NCBI GenBank assembly: GCA_046593925.1
Contig: JBKJQN010000039.1
Coordinates: 13,763 to 77,762 of the forward strand
Direction: 5' to 3'
Length of the DNA stretch: 64,000 bases
Source: Mycobacteriales bacterium
GTDB taxonomy: Bacteria; Actinomycetota; Actinomycetes; Mycobacteriales; SCTD01
This document shows positions 10,436 to 18,976 of this stretch, piece after piece. The stretch's first letter is position 1. Every line of letters begins with the position of its first letter. The position numbers and the translations under genes are program-made. A model generated the notes under the pieces. The model did no database searches and was not told the DNA's origin. It was given only the letters and a program-made list of their open reading frames with translations.

Positions 10436-11362
10436 ATGACCAGCCAGCTGCTCGGCCGCCCCGGCGCGGTGCCCGCGGACGCCCCCGACAGCGGCGTCGC
10501 GGCGCACTACGGCGACCCGTACCGGGAGCAACGCCGGCTCGCGGCCGGGCAGGCGGAGGTCGACCTGTCGCACCGCCCGGTGGTGCGCATCCAGGGGCCG
10601 GACCGGCTGTCGTGGCTGGACAGCCTCAGCTCGCAGTCGCTGGCGGCACTCGCGCCGGGGGTGCCGACTGAGACGCTCGTGCTGAGCCCGCAGGGTCACG
10701 TCGAGCACCACCTGTCGCTGGTCGACGATGGCGCGGCTGTGCTGGCGCACATCGAGCCCGGTACGGCAGATGCACTGCTGGCCTGGCTCGACCGGATGCG
10801 CTTCATGCTGCGGGTCGAGGTGAGCGACGCGACCGCCGACCACGCCGTCCTCGGCTCGGCGGCGGGCTGGCGCCTGGTGCCGCGCGGGTCGCTGTCGTCG
10901 TACGACGGGGAGCTCGCGGGCGTTGCCGCCGCCGAGGCCCTGCGGGTCGAGGACCTGCGCCCACGGCTGGGTGTCGACGTCGACCACCGCACGATCCCCA
11001 ACGAGACGCGGTGGCTGGAGACGGCAGTACACCTGCACAAGGGCTGCTACCGCGGCCAGGAGACGGTCGCCAGGGTGTCGAACCTCGGCCGGCCGCCTCG
11101 CCGGCTCGCGCTGCTGCACCTGGACGGCTCGGACAGCGAGCTGCCCGCCACCGGTGACCCGGTGCTGTTCGCCGGCCGCGACGTCGGCCGGGTCGGTACC
11201 GTCGCCCGGCACCACGAGCTGGGCCCGATCGCCCTGGCGCTGGTGAAGCGGCAGGTGCCGGACGACGCTGAGCTGCTCGTCAGCGGCGTCGCCGCCCGGC
11301 TGGAGCCCGAGACCGCACCACCGCCCCCGCGGGTCGCCCGGCCGGAGCTGATGCGGTTCTGA
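10436..11362 (+). CDS. ygfZ: YgfZ/GcvT folate-binding Fe-S assembly protein
   Basis: HYGDPYREQR, GPDRLSWL, LSPQGHVEH, signature KGCYRGQETVARV. Confidence 0.93.
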   Translation: MTSQLLGRPGAVPADAPDSGVAAHYGDPYREQRRLAAGQAEVDLSHRPVVRIQGPDRLSWLDSLSSQSLAALAPGVPTETLVLSPQGHVEHHLSLVDDGAAVLAHIEPGTADALLAWLDRMRFMLRVEVSDATADHAVLGSAAGWRLVPRGSLSSYDGELAGVAAAEALRVEDLRPRLGVDVDHRTIPNETRWLETAVHLHKGCYRGQETVARVSNLGRPPRRLALLHLDGSDSELPATGDPVLFAGRDVGRVGTVARHHELGPIALALVKRQVPDDAELLVSGVAARLEPETAPPPPRVARPELMRF

Positions 11363-11449
11363 GTCGGACCCTCGGGTCGATGCTGTCAACATCTGACACC
11401 ATGGGCAGCGCACGCCCACCGGCGGGCGGGACGAGGGACAGGAGCCCGG

Positions 11450-12019
11450 GTGAGCGCCGACGACACGACCGGTACGGGCAGCCGCCGCATCGACAAGGTG
11501 CTGGCCGAGGACTACCTCGACGGGCTGCGCGTTGCGTCGCTGGAAGATGTGCGGGCGCTGCGCGCCGAGGCCGAGCAGGAGGAGGTCGACCTGTCGTACC
11601 TGCGGCGCATGGTGCAGGGCCGGCTCGACGTCCTGCGAGCCGAGGTCGCACATCGCGAGAGCGGTCGGGAGGGCTCAGGTCTGGTAGCCGGGCTCGCGAA
11701 GATCCTCGCAGAGGAACCGCGCGGCCCCGCCCGCGGGCTGGGCCGGTACAGCACCCTGGAGCCGAGTCGCGTGGACCAGCACCGTCGCTACGTCGAGGCG
11801 CTGGTCGCCGACGTCGACCTGTCCGACGTGTCGGCGCGCAGCGACGAGGACGTCGCGGCTGCGCGCCAGGTGCTGACCGAGCAGGAGCGGCTGCTGTCGG
11901 CCAAGCGGCGGGAGGTGCAGGCGGTGATGGACGCGTGCAGCGCTGAGGTCACCCGGCGCTACCGCGACGGCGAGGCCGACGTCGACGCCCTGCTGGGCGT
12001 GGCCGCCGACGAGGGCTGA
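11450..12019 (+). CDS. rsiG: RsiG (AmfC) c-di-GMP-binding anti-sigma factor
   Basis: Two E(X)3S(X)2R(X)3Q(X)3D motifs: EVDLSYLRRMVQGRLD and ERLLSAKRREVQAVMD; adjacent to asparaginase and ygfZ. Confidence 0.9.
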   Translation: MSADDTTGTGSRRIDKVLAEDYLDGLRVASLEDVRALRAEAEQEEVDLSYLRRMVQGRLDVLRAEVAHRESGREGSGLVAGLAKILAEEPRGPARGLGRYSTLEPSRVDQHRRYVEALVADVDLSDVSARSDEDVAAARQVLTEQERLLSAKRREVQAVMDACSAEVTRRYRDGEADVDALLGVAADEG

Positions 12020-12034
12020 CCCGTCACGACGTCG

Positions 12035-12982
12035 GTGCTGCTCGTCGAGGTCACCCGCTCGGGAGTCGTCGAGAGCACCCATCGAGGCGCGGTCGTGGCG
12101 CTGCGGCCGGACGGCTCGGTCGCGATCGGCCTCGGTGACCTCGATCGCCCGATCTTCCCGCGTTCGTCGAACAAGCCGCTGCAGGCGGTCGGGTTGCTCC
12201 GCTGCGGGTGGCGCCCCCGCGACGAGGCCGAGCTGGCGCTGGCGTCGGCCTCGCACAGCGGCGAGCCCCGGCACGTCGAGGTCGTCCGCCGGATGCTCGG
12301 CGACCTCAGCGAGGACGTCCTGGGCTGTCCCTCGCAGCTGCCGCTGGACGAGGCCACCGCGCACGTCCTGCTCGCCGCGGGCGGCGGGCCCACGCGCGTA
12401 CACATGAACTGCTCGGGCAAGCACGCCGCGATGCTCGCGACCTGTGTCGCGCGGGGCTGGCCGACCGCCGGATACCTGGCAGCCGACCACCCGCTGCAGG
12501 TGGCGCTCACGGCAGCCGTTGAAGGGCTCGCCGGCGAGCCGGTGCGGCACGTCGCCGTCGACGGTTGCGGGGCGCCCCAGCACGCGCTCACGCTGACCGG
12601 CCTTGCCCGGGCCTTCGCGCGCCTGGTGACCGCGGCGGAAGGATCCGATGAGCGGCGCACCGCGGATGCGGTACGCGCCCACCCGGGCCTGGTCGGAGGG
12701 ACCGGTCGGGACGTCACCCTGCTCATGGAGGGGGTTCCCGGGCTGCTCGCGAAGGACGGCGCCGAGGGCGTCTACGCCGCCGCGCTCGCCGACGGATCTG
12801 CTGTCGCCCTCAAGGTCGATGATGGTGCCGCCCGGCCGCGCACGCCGGTGCTCATCGCGGCGCTGCGGGCGCTCGGCGCGGACGGCCCGGCGCTGGACGC
12901 GCTGGGGGTCGGTGCCGTCCGCGGCGGTGGCCGCACCGTCGGCGAGGTGCGGGTGGCCGGCCCGCTCGCCGACATCGGCTGA
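12035..12982 (+). CDS. L-asparaginase II (Rhizobium-type, AnsA family)
   Basis: RSGVVESTHRG, FPRSSNKPLQA, ASHSGE, NCSGKHAAML, DGCGAP, AKDGAEGV. Confidence 0.92.
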   Translation: MLLVEVTRSGVVESTHRGAVVALRPDGSVAIGLGDLDRPIFPRSSNKPLQAVGLLRCGWRPRDEAELALASASHSGEPRHVEVVRRMLGDLSEDVLGCPSQLPLDEATAHVLLAAGGGPTRVHMNCSGKHAAMLATCVARGWPTAGYLAADHPLQVALTAAVEGLAGEPVRHVAVDGCGAPQHALTLTGLARAFARLVTAAEGSDERRTADAVRAHPGLVGGTGRDVTLLMEGVPGLLAKDGAEGVYAAALADGSAVALKVDDGAARPRTPVLIAALRALGADGPALDALGVGAVRGGGRTVGEVRVAGPLADIG

Positions 12983-13007
12983 CGCTTGCTGCTCCCCGTC
13001 GTGAGTG

Positions 13008-13083
13008 CACTTCCCCTTCGGCAGAGCGCTCTGACGGCCCCCGACAGTGACCGGACGCAGGGGAAGTGACCGCACGCAGGGGA
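13008..13083. repeat. Composite intergenic element: 10-bp inverted repeat, 12-bp palindrome and 19-nt tandem direct repeat
   Basis: cacttcccct (13008-13017) / aggggaagtg (13059-13068); cagagcgctctg (13022-13033); agtgaccg(g/c)acgcagggga x2 (13046-13064, 13065-13083). Confidence 0.7.
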
Positions 13084-13179
13084 GGAGGTCCGGGCGACTT
13101 CGGGAGTTGCCAGCCGTTGCCGGGCGGCTCAGTGGCCACCCGGTCCCGGGAGTAGGTGGCTGGGCCTATCGTGCCCCTC

Positions 13180-13707
13180 ATGGGTGCCGTGGAGCTCACG
13201 CTGACGGCCAACACGGCAAGCGTCGGAGCGGCCCGGCGGTTTCTCGTGCAGACCTTGCGCGGCTGGGCCGCGACCCAGCTGGAGTGGCCAGCCTCGCAGG
13301 TGGTGTCGGAGCTGGCGACCAACGCAGTGATCCACGCCGGCACGGCTTTCACGGTCGCTCTGGTCATGCAGGGCGACGCCCTGCGCCTCGAGGTGCGGGA
13401 CGGCAGCCTGCTCCTGCCGCGGCAACGGCGGTACGGCCTGTCCGCGACGACCGGTCGCGGCCTGGCGCTCGTCGGCGCGCTCACCCGGGACTGGGGGGTG
13501 CAGCCCGGCGCGGCCGGCAAGACCATCTGGTGCCTGCTGGCCCCCGACGACGCGGAGGCCGCCGGTGTGCCGGACCTGGACGCCTTCCTCACCGAGCAGG
13601 ACCGGGCCGAGCTCGGTGCGCCACCGCCTGTCGTCCCGGTGGTCCTACGACCAGGGTCCTCTGTCGGAACAGACCTCGCGCGACAGACAGTCCAGGTGAC
13701 CGCCTGA
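13180..13707 (+). CDS. ATP-binding protein, HATPase_c_2 (RsbW-like anti-sigma/kinase)
   Basis: ASVGAARRF, VVSELATNAVIHAGT, LRLEVRDGS, TGRGLALV, WGV..GKTIWC. Confidence 0.88.
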   Translation: MGAVELTLTANTASVGAARRFLVQTLRGWAATQLEWPASQVVSELATNAVIHAGTAFTVALVMQGDALRLEVRDGSLLLPRQRRYGLSATTGRGLALVGALTRDWGVQPGAAGKTIWCLLAPDDAEAAGVPDLDAFLTEQDRAELGAPPPVVPVVLRPGSSVGTDLARQTVQVTA

Positions 13708-13733
13708 AAGGGCCCTATCACCAGGAGCACACC

Positions 13734-14210
13734 GTGCGCCTCTCCCGCACCTCCCCGCTCGTCCTGCTGGCTGCGGCCGCCCTCGTGCTCGGCTCCGGAG
13801 CCGGAGCCTTCGCGCTCGCCGGTTCGACCGCCGAGTCGGGTACCGCGGATCGAGCCAACACCCAGCCCATCGATGACAACCGCATCCCGGCGGTGGCCGT
13901 GGACCAGCGGCACGCCGCCGACGACAGCGCGCAGCCCACCGGCGCCCCCGAGGCCGGCGACGACCAGGGGGCGCAGCCCGAGGCCGGCGACGACCAGGGG
14001 GCCGGCGCAGACGACGCCACACCGACAGCTGTCGGTACGCACGAGGCCGGGGACGACTCCCATCGCTCTGGCGGCGGGAGCTCGGGCGGCATCAGTTCTG
14101 GCAGCTCGGGTCACGGCAGCAGCAGCTCGGGTCACGGCGGCGACGACACCGCGACGCACGACGTGGGTGGCGACCATGGCGGCGGGTCCGGTCATGGCTC
14201 GGACGGCTGA
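13734..14210 (+). CDS. Secreted low-complexity His/Gly/Ser/Asp-rich protein with EAGDD repeats
   Basis: RBS CAGGAG, signal peptide MRLSRTSPLVLLAAAALVLGSGAGAFALA, PEAGDDQG x2, HEAGDDSH, GHG repeats. Confidence 0.75.
   Translation: MRLSRTSPLVLLAAAALVLGSGAGAFALAGSTAESGTADRANTQPIDDNRIPAVAVDQRHAADDSAQPTGAPEAGDDQGAQPEAGDDQGAGADDATPTAVGTHEAGDDSHRSGGGSSGGISSGSSGHGSSSSGHGGDDTATHDVGGDHGGGSGHGSDG
13947..14002 (+). repeat. 26-bp perfect direct repeat, 30-nt period (encodes PEAGDDQG)
   Basis: cccgaggccggcgacgaccagggggc at 13947-13972 and 13977-14002. Confidence 0.85.
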
Positions 14211-14276
14211 CCCGGGCCTGCCGGCGGGGGCCGGTCTGCAGGATTCGGCCGGACGGCGGCCAGAACACGCTCTACT

Positions 14277-14306
14277 GGTACGGGACCGGGTCACCGGTCC
14301 CGTACC
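14277..14306. promoter_or_regulatory. Perfect 13-bp stem-loop upstream of the kinase RBS (terminator/attenuator or operator)
   Basis: ggtacgggaccgg-gtca-ccggtcccgtacc. Confidence 0.55.
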
Positions 14307-14328
14307 CCCGCCGTTCGTAGGAGGCTCG

Positions 14329-15705
14329 GTGTCCCGTCCCAGCGGCGAGCCCGGCGGTGGGACCGTCTCGGTGACGCGCGCGGTGGCGGCCTTCCTCGTC
14401 GCGGGTCTGATCGTGCTGACCGCGACCGGCGTGGTGCTCGCGGTGCTGCAGCGCCGGCAAGCCGTCACCGAAGCGGTCCGCGATGCCCGGTCACTGACCA
14501 GCGTGATGGCGCACGCCGTCGTCGGGCCGGCGCTGTCGGACGCTGCGCTGGCTCCGGGGGTGCCGCAGGACGACCTCCACAAAATCGTGAACGAGCGGGT
14601 CCTGGGCAGGTGGATCGTTCGGGTCAAGATCTGGGACAGGACCGGGCGGATCGTCTACAGCGACGACAAAGCCTTGATCGGGCGGGTGTTCCCCCTGCCG
14701 GAGGAGGAGCGGATGGCGCTCACGCAGGAGGGGCCGGCGCTGGCCGAGGTCTCCGACCTGAGCGAGCCGGAGAATGTGGGGGAGCAGCAGTTCGGCCAGC
14801 TCCTGCAGGTCTACCTCGGGGTCCGCACGTTGGAGGGCACGCCGCTGCTGTTCGAGACCTATCAGTCTTTCGACACGATCCGGGCGAGCAGCCGCGCGAT
14901 GTGGCTCGACTCGCTGCCCGTGCTGATCGGGGCGCTCGCCCTGCTCTACGTCGTCCAGATCCCGCTGGCGTACCGGATGGCCGTGCGGCTGCGCTCGGCA
15001 CAGGAGCAGCGCGAGCAGCTGCTGCTCAGCGCGCTGGCAGCCTCCGACCGTGAGCGTCGTCGGATCGCGGCCGACCTGCACGACGGCGTCCTGCAGGGGC
15101 TGTCCGGGGCGTCGTACTCGCTGTCGGCCGCCGCAGGCGGCGTCCGCGCGGCAGGCGACCATGACGCCGCGGAGTCCGTCGAGCGGACGGCCCTCGACCT
15201 GCGACGCTGGGTACGTGAGCTGCGCACCCTGGTCGTCACGATCACGCCGCCCGCGCTCCACCAGCAGGGCCTGGCTGCGAGCTTGGCCGACCTCGCGTCC
15301 ACCCTGGAGGTCAGGGGCGTCGAGGCGACCGTCGACGTCGCCGCCGCCGAGGGGCTCGACCTCGACGAGGCGACCGAGGCGCTGGTCTACCGGGTTGCCC
15401 AGGAGGCCGTCCGCAACGTCTTGCGGCACGCCGACGCGGGACGGGCCATCCTCACGCTGGAGGTCGACCCATCGGCCGGTTGGCTGCGCCTGACGGTCAC
15501 CGACGACGGTCGCGGCTACGACGTTGCCCAGGCCGGGCTGCGTGACCGCGGCAGTGTCGGGCTGGAGCTGTTGCGGGCACTGGTCGCCGAGCGCGGCGGG
15601 AACCTGACAGCGATCTCCTCGGCGGGAGTCGGCACGACGCTGGCGCTGCAGGTCCCACTGAGCGCGGCGGAGGCCCGGCCGGGCCGGCACCGGGTGCCCG
15701 TATGA
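14329..15705 (+). CDS. Membrane sensor histidine kinase, NarQ/HisKA_3 type
   Basis: RBS AGGAGG; 2 TMs; ERRRIAADLHDGVLQ H-box; YRVAQEAVRNVLRHA; VTDDGRGY; SAGVGTTL. Confidence 0.92.
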   Translation: MSRPSGEPGGGTVSVTRAVAAFLVAGLIVLTATGVVLAVLQRRQAVTEAVRDARSLTSVMAHAVVGPALSDAALAPGVPQDDLHKIVNERVLGRWIVRVKIWDRTGRIVYSDDKALIGRVFPLPEEERMALTQEGPALAEVSDLSEPENVGEQQFGQLLQVYLGVRTLEGTPLLFETYQSFDTIRASSRAMWLDSLPVLIGALALLYVVQIPLAYRMAVRLRSAQEQREQLLLSALAASDRERRRIAADLHDGVLQGLSGASYSLSAAAGGVRAAGDHDAAESVERTALDLRRWVRELRTLVVTITPPALHQQGLAASLADLASTLEVRGVEATVDVAAAEGLDLDEATEALVYRVAQEAVRNVLRHADAGRAILTLEVDPSAGWLRLTVTDDGRGYDVAQAGLRDRGSVGLELLRALVAERGGNLTAISSAGVGTTLALQVPLSAAEARPGRHRVPV

Positions 15706-16340
15706 CGCGCGTCATGTTGGTCGACGACCACCCCCTGGTGCGGCGCGGGCTCGTCGACCTCTTCAGCCGGATCGATGACATCGACGTCGTCGCCGTCCTC
15801 GACGACGGCTCGCAAGCGGCCGCCGCGGTGCTCGAGCACGCCGTCGACGTGGTGCTGATGGACCTGTCGATGCCCGGGACCGATGGGCTCGCCGCCACCC
15901 GGCAGGTCGTCGCGGCAGCCCCGGACGTCCGGGTGGTGGTGCTGACCAGCTTCGCGGAGTCCGACCGGATCGTGGCTGCCCTCGATGCGGGCGCGGTGGG
16001 CTACCTGCTCAAGGACGCCGAGCCCGACGATGTCGTCCGCGCGGTGCGCGACGCCGCTGCTGGGCACTCGCCGCTGTCCCCACGTGCCGCGACCGCGCTG
16101 CTGCCGCAGCGGCGCGCTGACCAGGCGGGACCCGCCGACCGGCTGTCGGCGCGCGAGCGCGACGTGCTCGCCCTGGTCGCGGCGGGCCTGCCGAACAAGA
16201 GCATCGGCCGCCGCCTCGGCATCAGCGAGAAGACCGTCAAAGCCCACCTGACCCGGGTGTTCGCCACCCTCGGTGTGGGCGACCGCACGAGCGCGGCGCT
16301 GTGGGCGCAGCGGCACGGGGTCCTGGCCGAGCCGGACTGA
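15702..16340 (+). CDS. NarL/LuxR family response regulator
   Basis: LVDDHPLVRRG, DVVLMDLSMPG, GYLLKDA, LSARERDVL, NKSIGRRLGISEKTVKAH. Confidence 0.96.
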   Translation: MTRVMLVDDHPLVRRGLVDLFSRIDDIDVVAVLDDGSQAAAAVLEHAVDVVLMDLSMPGTDGLAATRQVVAAAPDVRVVVLTSFAESDRIVAALDAGAVGYLLKDAEPDDVVRAVRDAAAGHSPLSPRAATALLPQRRADQAGPADRLSARERDVLALVAAGLPNKSIGRRLGISEKTVKAHLTRVFATLGVGDRTSAALWAQRHGVLAEPD

Positions 16341-16377
16341 CAGCGTCCCGCCCGGCCGGCGCACCCGATGGCACGCT

Positions 16378-16520
16378 CAGCCGTGCGGCTTGAGCCGCAC
16401 CTAGGTGTCACCGTCGACGCGGCGGTCGAGCTTGTCGTACGCGTCGGGCGCCGCTGCGGGCGGGATCTCGTGGGCGACGATGAACGACGGCGTCAGCCGG
16501 CCGCCGACGGTGGGGACCGA
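16378..16520 (-). pseudogene. C-terminal relic of glutathione-independent formaldehyde dehydrogenase (MDR family), internal stop
   Basis: GGRLTPSFIVAHEIPPAAAPDAYDKLDRRVDGDT*VRLKPHG* matches the AGRAxPSFVVSHELxxxxAPxAYxKFDxRxDGYTKVVLxP terminus, with TAG in place of the Lys codon. Boundaries approximate. Confidence 0.65.
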
Positions 16521-16707
16521 TGCGTCACCGTGGTCACGGACCTCGGCGAGCAGCCCGCCGCCGTGCTGCTGTCGCGCCGGGAGCAGGTGCACCTGCAGGG
16601 TGATCGGCCCCCGGCCGTGCCTCGGACGGTAGCTGCAGGCCGGGTGGAGCCGGGAGCCCCGGCCGGATCAGCGGGACGTGGGCGTGCAGGGACCGTTTTG
16701 GGGTGCG

Positions 16708-17016
16708 TCAGCGCGGTGGTGCGGCATGGACCGCGGTGTCCAGCAGGCGTTGGTGGGCGAGTCTCTCGACCAGCTCGGGGAGCGCGGAGCTCGGCGACCC
16801 CGCGAGATCGCGGCGGCAGGCGAACACCACCCGTGAGATGTCGTCAAGGTCGAGCCGGTGCTCGAACTCGGCCATCAGGCGCTGGATGACGTCGGCGACC
16901 GTGCTCCCGCCTGCTGCCCACGGGTCCGTGCCGGGTTGCTGGTCGCGGGCAGCGGTGGCCACTGTCGACGCCTGGCCGGTGCTGAGGGTCCCTGTCACGT
17001 GCTGAGCGGTTGGCAT
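16708..17016 (-). CDS. Small three-helix-bundle (DUF3562-like) protein
   Basis: RBS AAGGAG; VIQRLMAEFEHRLDLDDISRVVFACRRDLAG..LPELVERLAHQRL. Confidence 0.7.
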   Translation of the reverse strand: MPTAQHVTGTLSTGQASTVATAARDQQPGTDPWAAGGSTVADVIQRLMAEFEHRLDLDDISRVVFACRRDLAGSPSSALPELVERLAHQRLLDTAVHAAPPR

Positions 17017-17177
17017 GGCGACTCCTTGGGAGGTCACCGGGGGTCGTCCGGCGGTGAGCGAGCGCTCTCGGGGTGCGGCGCGGACCTGCGCGGCGACCCC
17101 GTCCCGGATCGGCTGTTGTCCAGCCGAGGTCACCTTACGACGCTCCCGCCCGGCTGTGTGATCAGCCTCACGGGACT

Positions 17178-17222
17178 TTGCTAGCAGGAGTGCTTGCAGT
17201 TGCTAGCGGTCCCGGCTACCGT
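17178..17222 (+). promoter_or_regulatory. Leaderless promoter of the XRE regulator with (T/G)TGCT(A/T)GC repeats
   Basis: TTGCTAGC at 17178 and 17200, GTGCTTGC at 17190; -10 TACCGT (17217-17222) 7 nt before ATG 17230. Confidence 0.5.
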
Positions 17223-17229
17223 TATGAAC

Positions 17230-17655
17230 ATGATCAAAGAACCGCTGGGGACGGTCACCGAAGCCGGCCACCGCCTCGGAGAGTTCATTCGCGAGCAACG
17301 GCACGGCAGCCAGATCTCACTTCGTCAGCTGGCCACCCTCGCGGGCGTCAGCAACCCCTACCTCAGCCAGATCGAGCGGGGGCTGCGAAAACCGAGCGCG
17401 GAGATCCTGCAGCAGATCGCCAAAGGGCTTCGCATCTCCGCCGAAGCACTGTACCTGCAGGCGGGGATCCTCGAGCAGCGCGAGGGCGACCGCCTCGTCG
17501 TCGACGCGGTGCTCGCCGACGACGGGATCAGCGAGCGGCAGAAGCAGGTACTGCTCGAGATCTACGACAGCTTCCGCAAGGAGAACGCCGCGGCGCCGCC
17601 GCCAGCCACCACACCGAGCACCATCCCCACCCCGCCCCAGGAGGCATCATCATGA
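17230..17655 (+). CDS. XRE-family HTH transcriptional regulator (Rv0474-like)
   Basis: LGEFIREQR..ISLRQLATLAGVSNPYLSQIERGLRKPSAEILQQIAKGLRISAEALY. Confidence 0.93.
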   Translation: MIKEPLGTVTEAGHRLGEFIREQRHGSQISLRQLATLAGVSNPYLSQIERGLRKPSAEILQQIAKGLRISAEALYLQAGILEQREGDRLVVDAVLADDGISERQKQVLLEIYDSFRKENAAAPPPATTPSTIPTPPQEASS

Positions 17656-18143
17656 GCGTCACCACCGACGTCAACAAGTCCGGCAACACCGTCACCGGCC
17701 GGTTCACCATCAAGAACCTGCCGACGGTGTCACTGGACGAGGTCAGGAAGCCGGCCTTCGCGTTCGCCGGGCTCGCGGACCTCGCACTCGAGCAGGTCAA
17801 GGATGCCCCGGCGGCCTACGTCGCCGAGGTCAAGAAGGCTCAGGGTCGGCTCGCCGAGGTGCCGTCGGTGGTCAAGACCCTCCCGGCGCAGGTGAAGGAC
17901 CTCCGCAGCGAGGTCGAGAGCCGGGTCGCCAAGGCTGGCGAGCAGGCGAACGAGTTCTACGCCGCGCTCGCCATCCGTGGCCAGCGCCTGGTCACGCAGA
18001 TCCGCCGGCAGCCGGCGACCGAGGCCACCATTGCCGAGGGCAAGGAGGCCGTGAAGAAGGCCGGCGCCGCCGCGACCGCTGCCAAGAAGTCGGCCAAGGC
18101 CGGCGAGAAGGCTGTCGAGGGCGCCGTCAACAAGGTCGGCTAG
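17652..18143 (+). CDS. hbhA: Heparin-binding hemagglutinin (HBHA)-like coiled-coil protein
   Basis: KPAFAFAGLADLA, coiled coil, FYAALAIRGQRLV, Lys/Ala-rich tail; sits between the XRE gene and DUF2516 as in the mycobacterial locus. Confidence 0.7.
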   Translation: MSVTTDVNKSGNTVTGRFTIKNLPTVSLDEVRKPAFAFAGLADLALEQVKDAPAAYVAEVKKAQGRLAEVPSVVKTLPAQVKDLRSEVESRVAKAGEQANEFYAALAIRGQRLVTQIRRQPATEATIAEGKEAVKKAGAAATAAKKSAKAGEKAVEGAVNKVG

Positions 18144-18186
18144 TTCCCGCTGTCCCAGGCGGCGGCGAAGCCGCCACCAAGCACGT

Positions 18187-18220
18187 ACGACCCCCGGTGC
18201 CCTCGCAGCCCGGGGGTCGT
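18187..18220 (+). terminator. Intrinsic terminator-like hairpin
   Basis: acgacccccgg (18187-18197) / ccgggggtcgt (18210-18220) downstream of the hbhA-like gene. Confidence 0.7.
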
Positions 18221-18254
18221 GCGCTGCCCGGCCTCCGCCGGGCAGGATGGGCGG

Positions 18255-18545
18255 GTGAACCTGCTCGCGCCTGCCAACTACTTCCTGTTCGCCGTCAACC
18301 TCGTGCTGCTGGGCCTCGCGGTCTGGGCGTTCGCCGACGCCGCGATCCGGCCGGCGGCCGCTTTCCCGGCCGCGGGCAAGCTGACCAAGCCCGCCTGGCT
18401 CGGCATCACGGGCATCAGCGTCGCTCTCTGCCTGCTCGGCGTCGGCCTGCTGGGTCTGCTCGGTGGCGTGGTGGCCATCGCCGTCATCGTGTACCTGGTC
18501 GACGTACGCCCAGCCGTTCGTGGGATGCGCCCCGGCGGCCCGTAG
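18255..18545 (+). CDS. DUF2516 family membrane protein
   Basis: AFADAAIRPAAAFPAAGKLTKPAWLGI, IVYLVDVRPAVR. Confidence 0.92.
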   Translation: MNLLAPANYFLFAVNLVLLGLAVWAFADAAIRPAAAFPAAGKLTKPAWLGITGISVALCLLGVGLLGLLGGVVAIAVIVYLVDVRPAVRGMRPGGP

Positions 18546-18558
18546 GGTTGAGCCCCCC

Positions 18559-18798
18559 TCAACCTGGACCGTGCAGCAGCTCCGGGGCGATCCCCTCGGC
18601 GCTCTGCTGACCGGCGTGGACGAACACGAAGGCGGGAGAGTTGTTGCGGGGCAGGTCCTGGGTCTCCCCGTTGGCCTCGTAGATCTCCAGCATCCCGGGG
18701 GCATCGCTGGCAGCGAGCAGCCGCCGGACACCTTCCGGCACCGTCGTCGACTCGCCGTCGCGGCTCCCGCCACGCAGCACCACCGTCTCGTCAGCCAT
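18559..18798 (-). CDS. Hypothetical protein (79 aa)
   Basis: ATG start, VVLRGGSRDGESTTV, coding-like composition. Confidence 0.65.
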   Translation of the reverse strand: MADETVVLRGGSRDGESTTVPEGVRRLLAASDAPGMLEIYEANGETQDLPRNNSPAFVFVHAGQQSAEGIAPELLHGPG

Positions 18799-18902
18799 GC
18801 GGGCGTTGTGCCCGGGCTCCCGCCCCGCACTCCTGATCCGACCCGGGCAACGGTCGTCATGCCCGGACTGTCAGAGAATGCGAAACCGGTTGCGGTTGGT
18901 GG

Positions 18903-18930
18903 CGTCACTCCCTCGGCCCGGCCTCGTTGC
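18903..18930 (+). promoter_or_regulatory. Putative sigma-BldN-type promoter of ssgB (CGTCAC-N16-CGTTGC)
   Basis: cgtcac 18903-18908, cgttgc 18925-18930; identical hexamers recur upstream of rsbN. Confidence 0.5.
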
Positions 18931-18976
18931 CCCTGTCGACCGGTGAGCCCGCCGGCCCCGTACGAGAGGCCCTGTC

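Noticed and set aside
9905-11653. 582-aa minus-strand ORF
   Set aside because: Only the last 152 aa (NUDIX) are real; the rest is antisense to ygfZ/rsiG.
13046-14002. Short direct repeats as a CRISPR array
   Set aside because: Only two copies each, no unique spacers of uniform length, no cas genes; the 26-bp repeat is coding.
16510-16630. Possible C-terminal alpha-amylase/TreZ-like fragment (DRCVTVVTDLGEQPAAVLLS)
   Set aside because: Resemblance too weak to support without a search.
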